Shown piece by piece: positions 13,301-25,300 of a DNA stretch of 43,260 bases. Each line of letters starts with the position of its first letter. Position 1 is the stretch's first letter. This DNA comes from Nemertoderma westbladi (Eukaryota > Animalia > Xenacoelomorpha), in NCBI GenBank assembly GCA_032718475.1, contig JAUCBJ010008680.1, positions 1 through 43,260 on the forward strand. The letters run 5' to 3'. The translations under genes were made by a program, and so were the position numbers. A model generated the notes under the pieces. It saw nothing but the letters and a program-made list of their open reading frames with translations. It ran no database searches and was not told the DNA's origin.

Positions 13301-16300
13301 GTGAGTTCTGTAAAACAAATTTACTAACATCCTCAATGATTTGTGAGTTCTGTAAAACAAATTTACCAACATCCTCAATGATTTGTGAGTTCTGTAAAAC
13401 AAATTTACCAACATCCTCAATGATTTGTGAGTTCTGTAAAACAAATTTACTAACATCCTCAATGATTTGTGAGTTCTGTAAAACAAATTTACCAACATCC
13501 TCAATGATTTGTGAGTTCTGTAAAACAAATTTACCAACATCCTCAATGATTTGTGAGTTCTGTAAAACAAATTTACTAACATCCTCAATGATTTGTGAGT
13601 TCTGTAAAACAAATTTACTAACATCCTCAATGATTTGTGAGTTCTGTAAAACAAATTTACCAACATCCTCAATGATTTGTGAGTTCTGTAAAACAAATTT
13701 ACTAACATCCTCAATGATTTGTGAGTTCTGTAAAACAAATTTACTAACATCCTCAATGATTTGTGAGTTCTGTAAAACAAATTTACCAACATCCTCAATG
13801 ATTTGTGAGTTCTGTAAAACAAATTTACCAACATCCTCAATGATTTGTGAGTTCTGTAAAACAAATTTACCAACATCCTCAATGATTTGTGAGTTCTGTA
13901 AAACAAATTTACCAACATCCTCAATGATTTGTGAGTTCTGTAAAACAAATTTACTAACATCCTCAATGATTTGTGAGTTCTGTAAAACAAATTTACCAAC
14001 ATCCTCAATGATTTGTGAGTTCTGTAAAACAAATTTACTAACATCCTCAATGATTTGTGAGTTCTGTAAAACAAATTTACCAACATCCTCAATGATTTGT
14101 GAGTTCTGTAAAACAAATTTACTAACATCCTCAATGATTTGTGAGTTCTGTAAAACAAATTTACCAACATCCTCAATGATTTGTGAGTTCTGTAAAACAA
14201 ATTTACCAACATCCTCAATGATTTGTGAGTTCTGTAAAACAAATTTACCAACATCCTCAATGATTTGTGAGTTCTGTAAAACAAATTTACCAACATCCTC
14301 AATGATTTGTGAGTTCTGTAAAACAAATTTACCAACATCCTCAATGATTTGTGAGTTCTGTAAAACAAATTTACCAACATCCTCAATGATTTGTGAGTTC
14401 TGTAAAACAAATTTACCAACATCCTCAATGATTTGTGAGTTCTGTAAAACAAATTTACCAACATCCTCAATGATTTGTGAGTTCTGTAAAACAAATTTAC
14501 CAACATCCTCAATGATTTGTGAGTTCTGTAAAACAAATTTACCAACATCCTCAATGATTTGTGAGTTCTGTAAAACAAATTTACCAACATCCTCAATGAT
14601 TTGTGAGTTCTGTAAAACAAATTTACCAACATCCTCAATGATTTGTGAGTTCTGTAAAACAAATTTACTAACATCCTCAATGATTTGTGAGTTCTGTAAA
14701 ACAAATTTACCAACATCCTCAATGATTTGTGAGTTCTGTAAAACAAATTTACCAACATCCTCAATGATTTGTGAGTTCTGTAAAACAAATTTACCAACAT
14801 CCTCAATGATTTGTGAGTTCTGTAAAACAAATTTACCAACATCCTCAATGATTTGTGAGTTCTGTAAAACAAATTTACTAACATCCTCAATGATTTGTGA
14901 GTTCTGTAAAACAAATTTACCAACATCCTCAATGATTTGTGAGTTCTGTAAAACAAATTTACCAACATCCTCAATGATTTGTGAGTTCTGTAAAACAAAT
15001 TTACTAACATCCTCAATGATTTGTGAGTTCTGTAAAACAAATTTACTAACATCCTCAATGATTTGTGAGTTCTGTAAAACAAATTTACTAACATCCTCAA
15101 TGATTTGTGAGTTCTGTAAAACAAATTTACTAACATCCTCAATGATTTGTGAGTTCTGTAAAACAAATTTACTAACATCCTCAATGATTTGTGAGTTCTG
15201 TAAAACAAATTTACCAACATCCTCAATGATTTGTGAGTTCTGTAAAACAAATTTACCAACATCCTCAATGATTTGTGAGTTCTGTAAAACAAATTTACTA
15301 ACATCCTCAATGATTTGTGAGTTCTGTAAAACAAATTTACCAACATCCTCAATGATTTGTGAGTTCTGTAAAACAAATTTACCAACATCCTCAATGATTT
15401 GTGAGTTCTGTAAAACAAATTTACTAACATCCTCAATGATTTGTGAGTTCTGTAAAACAAATTTACTAACATCCTCAATGATTTGTGAGTTCTGTAAAAC
15501 AAATTTACCAACATCCTCAATGATTTGTGAGTTCTGTAAAACAAATTTACTAACATCCTCAATGATTTGTGAGTTCTGTAAAACAAATTTACTAACATCC
15601 TCAATGATTTGTGAGTTCTGTAAAACAAATTTACCAACATCCTCAATGATTTGTGAGTTCTGTAAAACAAATTTACCAACATCCTCAATGATTTGTGAGT
15701 TCTGTAAAACAAATTTACCAACATCCTCAATGATTTGTGAGTTCTGTAAAACAAATTTACCAACATCCTCAATGATTTGTGAGTTCTGTAAAACAAATTT
15801 ACCAACATCCTCAATGATTTGTGAGTTCTGTAAAACAAATTTACTAACATCCTCAATGATTTGTGAGTTCTGTAAAACAAATTTACCAACATCCTCAATG
15901 ATTTGTGAGTTCTGTAAAACAAATTTACCAACATCCTCAATGATTTGTGAGTTCTGTAAAACAAATTTACTAACATCCTCAATGATTTGTGAGTTCTGTA
16001 AAACAAATTTACCAACATCCTCAATGATTTGTGAGTTCTGTAAAACAAATTTACCAACATCCTCAATGATTTGTGAGTTCTGTAAAACAAATTTACTAAC
16101 ATCCTCAATGATTTGTGAGTTCTGTAAAACAAATTTACCAACATCCTCAATGATTTGTGAGTTCTGTAAAACAAATTTACCAACATCCTCAATGATTTGT
16201 GAGTTCTGTAAAACAAATTTACCAACATCCTCAATGATTTGTGAGTTCTGTAAAACAAATTTACCAACATCCTCAATGATTTGTGAGTTCTGTAAAACAA

Positions 16301-19300
16301 ATTTACTAACATCCTCAATGATTTGTGAGTTCTGTAAAACAAATTTACCAACATCCTCAATGATTTGTGAGTTCTGTAAAACAAATTTACCAACATCCTC
16401 AATGATTTGTGAGTTCTGTAAAACAAATTTACCAACATCCTCAATGATTTGTGAGTTCTGTAAAACAAATTTACCAACATCCTCAATGATTTGTGAGTTC
16501 TGTAAAACAAATTTACCAACATCCTCAATGATTTGTGAGTTCTGTAAAACAAATTTACTAACATCCTCAATGATTTGTGAGTTCTGTAAAACAAATTTAC
16601 CAACATCCTCAATGATTTGTGAGTTCTGTAAAACAAATTTACCAACATCCTCAATGATTTGTGAGTTCTGTAAAACAAATTTACCAACATCCTCAATGAT
16701 TTGTGAGTTCTGTAAAACAAATTTACCAACATCCTCAATGATTTGTGAGTTCTGTAAAACAAATTTACTAACATCCTCAATGATTTGTGAGTTCTGTAAA
16801 ACAAATTTACTAACATCCTCAATGATTTGTGAGTTCTGTAAAACAAATTTACTAACATCCTCAATGATTTGTGAGTTCTGTAAAACAAATTTACCAACAT
16901 CCTCAATGATTTGTGAGTTCTGTAAAACAAATTTACCAACATCCTCAATGATTTGTGAGTTCTGTAAAACAAATTTACTAACATCCTCAATGATTTGTGA
17001 GTTCTGTAAAACAAATTTACCAACATCCTCAATGATTTGTGAGTTCTGTAAAACAAATTTACCAACATCCTCAATGATTTGTGAGTTCTGTAAAACAAAT
17101 TTACCAACATCCTCAATGATTTGTGAGTTCTGTAAAACAAATTTACTAACATCCTCAATGATTTGTGAGTTCTGTAAAACAAATTTACTAACATCCTCAA
17201 TGATTTGTGAGTTCTGTAAAACAAATTTACCAACATCCTCAATGATTTGTGAGTTCTGTAAAACAAATTTACTAACATCCTCAATGATTTGTGAGTTCTG
17301 TAAAACAAATTTACTAACATCCTCAATGATTTGTGAGTTCTGTAAAACAAATTTACTAACATCCTCAATGATTTGTGAGTTCTGTAAAACAAATTTACTA
17401 ACATCCTCAATGATTTGTGAGTTCTGTAAAACAAATTTACCAACATCCTCAATGATTTGTGAGTTCTGTAAAACAAATTTACCAACATCCTCAATGATTT
17501 GTGAGTTCTGTAAAACAAATTTACTAACATCCTCAATGATTTGTGAGTTCTGTAAAACAAATTTACTAACATCCTCAATGATTTGTGAGTTCTGTAAAAC
17601 AAATTTACTAACATCCTCAATGATTTGTGAGTTCTGTAAAACAAATTTACTAACATCCTCAATGATTTGTGAGTTCTGTAAAACAAATTTACTAACATCC
17701 TCAATGATTTGTGAGTTCTGTAAAACAAATTTACCAACATCCTCAATGATTTGTGAGTTCTGTAAAACAAATTTACCAACATCCTCAATGATTTGTGAGT
17801 TCTGTAAAACAAATTTACTAACATCCTCAATGATTTGTGAGTTCTGTAAAACAAATTTACCAACATCCTCAATGATTTGTGAGTTCTGTAAAACAAATTT
17901 ACCAACATCCTCAATGATTTGTGAGTTCTGTAAAACAAATTTACTAACATCCTCAATGATTTGTGAGTTCTGTAAAACAAATTTACCAACATCCTCAATG
18001 ATTTGTGAGTTCTGTAAAACAAATTTACCAACATCCTCAATGATTTGTGAGTTCTGTAAAACAAATTTACCAACATCCTCAATGATTTGTGAGTTCTGTA
18101 AAACAAATTTACTAACATCCTCAATGATTTGTGAGTTCTGTAAAACAAATTTACTAACATCCTCAATGATTTGTGAGTTCTGTAAAACAAATTTACCAAC
18201 ATCCTCAATGATTTGTGAGTTCTGTAAAACAAATTTACTAACATCCTCAATGATTTGTGAGTTCTGTAAAACAAATTTACTAACATCCTCAATGATTTGT
18301 GAGTTCTGTAAAACAAATTTACCAACATCCTCAATGATTTGTGAGTTCTGTAAAACAAATTTACCAACATCCTCAATGATTTGTGAGTTCTGTAAAACAA
18401 ATTTACCAACATCCTCAATGATTTGTGAGTTCTGTAAAACAAATTTACCAACATCCTCAATGATTTGTGAGTTCTGTAAAACAAATTTACCAACATCCTC
18501 AATGATTTGTGAGTTCTGTAAAACAAATTTACTAACATCCTCAATGATTTGTGAGTTCTGTAAAACAAATTTACCAACATCCTCAATGATTTGTGAGTTC
18601 TGTAAAACAAATTTACCAACATCCTCAATGATTTGTGAGTTCTGTAAAACAAATTTACTAACATCCTCAATGATTTGTGAGTTCTGTAAAACAAATTTAC
18701 CAACATCCTCAATGATTTGTGAGTTCTGTAAAACAAATTTACCAACATCCTCAATGATTTGTGAGTTCTGTAAAACAAATTTACTAACATCCTCAATGAT
18801 TTGTGAGTTCTGTAAAACAAATTTACCAACATCCTCAATGATTTGTGAGTTCTGTAAAACAAATTTACCAACATCCTCAATGATTTGTGAGTTCTGTAAA
18901 ACAAATTTACCAACATCCTCAATGATTTGTGAGTTCTGTAAAACAAATTTACTAACATCCTCAATGATTTGTGAGTTCTGTAAAACAAATTTACTAACAT
19001 CCTCAATGATTTGTGAGTTCTGTAAAACAAATTTACCAACATCCTCAATGATTTGTGAGTTCTGTAAAACAAATTTACTAACATCCTCAATGATTTGTGA
19101 GTTCTGTAAAACAAATTTACTAACATCCTCAATGATTTGTGAGTTCTGTAAAACAAATTTACTAACATCCTCAATGATTTGTGAGTTCTGTAAAACAAAT
19201 TTACCAACATCCTCAATGATTTGTGAGTTCTGTAAAACAAATTTACCAACATCCTCAATGATTTGTGAGTTCTGTAAAACAAATTTACCAACATCCTCAA

Positions 19301-22300
19301 TGATTTGTGAGTTCTGTAAAACAAATTTACCAACATCCTCAATGATTTGTGAGTTCTGTAAAACAAATTTACCAACATCCTCAATGATTTGTGAGTTCTG
19401 TAAAACAAATTTACCAACATCCTCAATGATTTGTGAGTTCTGTAAAACAAATTTACCAACATCCTCAATGATTTGTGAGTTCTGTAAAACAAATTTACCA
19501 ACATCCTCAATGATTTGTGAGTTCTGTAAAACAAATTTACCAACATCCTCAATGATTTGTGAGTTCTGTAAAACAAATTTACCAACATCCTCAATGATTT
19601 GTGAGTTCTGTAAAACAAATTTACCAACATCCTCAATGATTTGTGAGTTCTGTAAAACAAATTTACCAACATCCTCAATGATTTGTGAGTTCTGTAAAAC
19701 AAATTTACCAACATCCTCAATGATTTGTGAGTTCTGTAAAACAAATTTACCAACATCCTCAATGATTTGTGAGTTCTGTAAAACAAATTTACCAACATCC
19801 TCAATGATTTGTGAGTTCTGTAAAACAAATTTACCAACATCCTCAATGATTTGTGAGTTCTGTAAAACAAATTTACCAACATCCTCAATGATTTGTGAGT
19901 TCTGTAAAACAAATTTACCAACATCCTCAATGATTTGTGAGTTCTGTAAAACAAATTTACCAACATCCTCAATGATTTGTGAGTTCTGTAAAACAAATTT
20001 ACCAACATCCTCAATGATTTGTGAGTTCTGTAAAACAAATTTACCAACATCCTCAATGATTTGTGAGTTCTGTAAAACAAATTTACCAACATCCTCAATG
20101 ATTTGTGAGTTCTGTAAAACAAATTTACCAACATCCTCAATGATTTGTGAGTTCTGTAAAACAAATTTACCAACATCCTCAATGATTTGTGAGTTCTGTA
20201 AAACAAATTTACCAACATCCTCAATGATTTGTGAGTTCTGTAAAACAAATTTACCAACATCCTCAATGATTTGTGAGTTCTGTAAAACAAATTTACCAAC
20301 ATCCTCAATGATTTGTGAGTTCTGTAAAACAAATTTACCAACATCCTCAATGATTTGTGAGTTCTGTAAAACAAATTTACCAACATCCTCAATGATTTGT
20401 GAGTTCTGTAAAACAAATTTACCAACATCCTCAATGATTTGTGAGTTCTGTAAAACAAATTTACCAACATCCTCAATGATTTGTGAGTTCTGTAAAACAA
20501 ATTTACCAACATCCTCAATGATTTGTGAGTTCTGTAAAACAAATTTACCAACATCCTCAATGATTTGTGAGTTCTGTAAAACAAATTTACCAACATCCTC
20601 AATGATTTGTGAGTTCTGTAAAACAAATTTACTAACATCCTCAATGATTTGTGAGTTCTGTAAAACAAATTTACCAACATCCTCAATGATTTGTGAGTTC
20701 TGTAAAACAAATTTACCAACATCCTCAATGATTTGTCAGTTCTGTAAAACAAATTTACTAACATCCTCAATGATTTGTGAGTTCTGTAAAACAAATTTAC
20801 TAACATCCTCAATGATTTGTGAGTTCTGTAAAACAAATTTACCAACATCCTCAATGATTTGTGAGTTCTGTAAAACAAATTTACCAACATCCTCAATGAT
20901 TTGTGAGTTCTGTAAAACAAATTTACCAACATCCTCAATGATTTGTGAGTTCTGTAAAACAAATTTACCAACATCCTCAATGATTTGTGAGTTCTGTAAA
21001 ACAAATTTACCAACATCCTCAATGATTTGTGAGTTCTGTAAAACAAAGCAAGATTGTAGATGTTGTACTTGGTATCTAATTTTGTTGGTTTATTTGGTTT
21101 CCACAACAACGCAACGTGTTTGTGTCTGTGGGTATTTAGCTCCCGCGTGTCTTTAATTACCGAAATCATTTTACGTGACTTAACATTGTGGGATATAATT
21201 TAAATTATACATCTATCTATCATCAAGGATACGATTTGATAAAAACTATTTTGAATTTAATGAAAGTTATTTATTGGTTATTATAATATTTTTCCAATCA
21301 AATATTAAAACACAACAGCACATGCTGCCATGCTGGTATGGAGAATTAATATCCCAAATATTATCCGAAAGTAACAACAAACTTCTACTTTTCCAAGAAC
21401 TTCTACTACTTCTACTTTCTCAAGAATTTCTACTACTTCTACTTTTCCCAAGAACTTCTACTACTTTTACTTTCCCAAGAACTTCTACTACTTCTACTTT
21501 CTCAAGAACTTCTACTACTTCTACTTTCTCAAGAACTTCTACTACTTCTACTTTCTCAAGAACTTCTACTACTTCTACTTTCTCAAGAACTTCTACTACT
21601 TCTACTTTTCCCAAGAACTTCTACTACTTCTACTTTCTCAAGAACTTCTACTACTTCTACTTTCTCAAGAACTTCTACTACTTCTACTTTCTCAAGAACT
21701 TCTACTACTTCTACTTTCTCAAGAACTTCTACTACTTCTACTTTCTCAAGAACTTCTACTACTTCTACTTTCTCAAGAACTTCTACTACTTCTACTTTCT
21801 CAAGAACTTCTACTACTTCTACTTTCTCAAGAACTTCTACTACTTCTACTTTCTCAAGAACTTCTACTACTTCTACTTTCTCAAGAACTTCTACTACTTC
21901 TACTTTCTCAAGAACTTCTACTACTTCTACTTTTCCCAAGAACTTCTACTACTTCTACTTTCCCAAGAACTTCTACTACTTCTACTTTTCCCAAGAAATT
22001 CTACTACTTCTACTTTCTCAAGAACTTATACTACTTCTAATTTCCCAAGAACTTCTACTACTTCTACTTTTCCCACAAACTTATACTACGTCTACTTTTC
22101 CCAAGAACTTATACTACTTCTATTTTTCTCAAGAACTTCTACTACTTCTACTTTTTCAAGAACTTCTACTACTTCTACTTTCCCAAGAACTTCTACTACT
22201 TCTACTTTCTCAAGAACTTCTACTACTTCTACTTTCTCAAGAACTTCTACTACTTCTACTTTCTCAAGAACTTCTACTACTTCTACTTTCCCAAGAACTT

Positions 22301-25300
22301 CTACTACTTCTACTTTTCCCAAGAAATTCTACTACTTCTACTTTCTCAAGAACTTATACTACTTCTAATTTCCCAAGAACTTCTACTACTTCTACTTTTC
22401 CCACAAACTTATACTACGTCTACTTTTCCCAAGAACTTCTACTACTTCTATTTTTCTCAAGAACTTCCACTACCTCTACTTTTCCCAAGAACTTCTACTA
22501 CTTCTACTTTTCCCACAAACTTATACTACGTCTACTTTTCCCAAGAACTTCTATTACTTCTATTTTTCCCAAGAACTTCCACTACTTCTACTTTCCCAAT
22601 AACGTTTCCGACGGAGCAGCGGCCTATAAATGTTGGCACTAAATGCAGAAATAACCAAAGATGCTAAATTACTAAGTGAAACATAATAATGAAAGTTATA
22701 AATGGGATTTCGAATTTGTCACTAAGATAACCACCGAAACCACTAACCTTATCATTAGCCTTACTGAGTTTATTTTTTTCCCTGAAGGAGTCAATCAACA
22801 ACAACACAGTAAATATCTTTCCACAGGTCATCTTTGGAAATCTTAATTCTGAAATAAATATAACACAGGCTTTAGCTTTCTCAGAGTCGTTTTTTATAGT
22901 AGACATTTCCCAAAAAAAATATATAGTCCTTACTAACCTTAATTGGGGGTAGTAACAAGTTATTTTAGCTTTTTTGACTACCCTTCCTTAGGTGATAGTA
23001 ACAAATCCAGTTCAATCATAGCTTTAGCTTTCTCACTAACCTTCCTTGTGGTAGTAACACATACTCCACCTACTGGCTCCAGAAGTCGAGGAAATCCTGT
23101 CAAGTACCTAACTGATCTAGACTTTGCTGATGACTTAGGAGTACTCTCAGAATCACTAGAGGGAGCCCAACGGCTCCTCAGCTCATTAGAACATGCTGCT
23201 TCTAGTGTTGGTCTTTTTATTAACTCCAGAAAGACCAAAATTCTGACAGTTAACTTTGAAAGTCCTCAGCAAGTCTCTGATCGGATGAGCATAAGCTCAA
23301 AGGATGGTATGCTTGAGCATGTGGACGACTTCTGTTACCTGGGATCATGGATCCGGAAGTCAGGTGAGGACCTTCGAATACGTAAGGGAAAGGCATGGGC
23401 AGCCTTGAATAGGCTCTCCAGGATTTGGAAGTCACCGAGAATTAATCGGAAACTTAAGGTCCGATTATTTAGAGCAGCAGTAGTTCCAGTACTCCTCTAC
23501 GGGAGTCCATGCTGGGCTCTAACTGCTGAGGACACCAAATCTCTGGATGGCACATTCACAAGAATGCTACGCCGGGTTCATTGTGTCAAGTACAATGCGC
23601 ACATCTCCAACCAGACACTATATAACATTGGAGGTGTCTCATTGGTTCCCCCAAGCTTGACACTAGAACAAAATCGCCTCCGCTTTGCAGGACATTGCTT
23701 TCGCCGTGAGGACCAGCCAGTGCATAATCTTGTACTTTTGCAGCCTCATGGAGTGAATAAGCATGGTGGACAGCCCATGACTTTCTTGAGACGCATCTTA
23801 AAGGACACTGGCCTTAAAGATGCGGATGATCTAGCAAATGTCATGGGTGATAGGGAGTTGTGGCGGTGCAATTTTGTTAACAAGCCGGCACAGCATTCTT
23901 AAAAATGCAGCTGCAATTCAGCATGCCGATCCTAGTAGTAGTAGTAGTAGTGGTAGTAACAAATCCAGTTCAATAATAGCTTTAGCTTTCTCGCTAAATT
24001 TCCTTAGGTGGTAGTAACAAATCCAGTTCAATCATAGCTTTAGCTTTCTCACTAACCTTCCTTGTGGTAGTAACAAGTCCAGTTCAATCATAGCTTTAGC
24101 TTTCTCACTACCCTTCCTTAGGTGGTAGTAACAAATCCAGTTCAATCATAGCTTTAGCTTTCTCACTAACCTTCCTTAGGTGGTAGTAACAAGTCCAGTT
24201 CAATCATAGCTTTAGTTTTCTCACTAACCTTCCTTGGGTGGTAGTAACAAATCCAGTTCAATCATAGCTTTAGCTTTCTCACTACCCTTCCTTAGGTGGT
24301 AGTAACAAATCCAGTTCAATAATAGCTTTAGCTTTCTCACTACCCTTCCTTAGGTGGTAGTAACAAATCCAGTTCAATCATAGCTTTAGCTTTCTCACTA
24401 CCCTTCCTTATGTGGTAGTAACAAATCCAGTTCAATCATAGCTTTAGCTTTCTCACTAACCTTCCTTAGGTGGTAGTAACAAATCCAGTTCAATCATAGC
24501 TTTAGCTTTCTCACTAACCTTCCTTAGGTGGTAGTAACAAATCCAGTTCAATCATAGCTTTAGCTTTCTCACAAACCTACCTTAGGTGGTAGTAATAAAT
24601 CACGTTCAATCATAGCTTTAGCTTTCTCACTAACTTTCCTTTGGTTGTAGTAACAAATAGTAACAAATACAGTTCAATCATAGCTTTAGCTTTCTCACCA
24701 GCCTTCCTTAGGTGGTAGTAACAAATCCAGTTCAATCATAGCTTTAGCTTTCTCACTACCCTTCCTTAGGTGGTAGTAACAAATCCAGTTCAATCATAGC
24801 TTTAGCTTTCTCACTAACCTTCCTTGGGTGTTAGTAACAAATCCAGTTCAATAATAGCTTTAGCTTTCTCACTAACCTTCCTTAGGTGGTAGTAACAAAT
24901 CCAGTTCAATCATAGCTTTAGCTTTCTCACTACCCTTCCTTAGGTGGTAGTAACAAATCCAGTTCAGTAATAGGTTTAGCTTTCTCACTAACCTTCCTTA
25001 GGTGGTAGTAACAAATCCAGTTCAATCATAGCTTTAGCTTTCTCACTAACCTTCCTTAGGTGGTAGTAACAAATCCAGTTGAGTAATAACTTTAGCTTTC
25101 TCACTACCCTTCCTTAGGTGGTAGTAACAAATCCAGTTCAATCATAGCTTTAGCTTTCTCACTACCCTTCCTTAGGTGATAGTAACAAATCCAGTTCAAT
25201 CATAGCTTTAGCTTTCTCACTACCCTTCCTTAGGTGTTAGTAACAAATCCAGTTCAATAATAGCTTTAGCTTTCTCACTACCCTTCCTTGGGTGTTAGTA

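Noticed and set aside
7887-21035. Canonical recursive (ratchet) splicing sites
   Set aside because: Acceptors are followed by AAC, not GT, so there are no AG|GT zero-length exons.
7887-21035. 25-nt micro-exons using the G|GTAAAT donor in each unit
   Set aside because: 25 nt shifts the frame into GAA CTC ACA AAT CAT TGA (stop), and the 17-nt spacer is too short for an animal intron.
9388-21169. Giant ORFs (3922 aa [14 protein letters not shown] repeats with CxxC; 2918 aa [14 protein letters not shown] repeats) as real proteins
   Set aside because: These are stop-free frames of a 42-bp unit. Neither is the frame continuous with the Cav2 exon ([14 protein letters not shown]), and the CxxC periodicity is antisense coincidence.
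21274-22368. ORFs over the 27-bp array ([18 protein letters not shown] repeats)
   Set aside because: Repeat-generated, frameshifted, and without splice support.
22600-22648. Extra Cav2 exon after the catttag acceptor-like site
   Set aside because: The required phase-0 frame reads TGC CAA CAT TTA TAG, an immediate stop.
22943-23059. N-terminus of the 319-aa ORF as part of the RT protein
   Set aside because: It is satellite sequence upstream of the TSD; the element starts at 23060.
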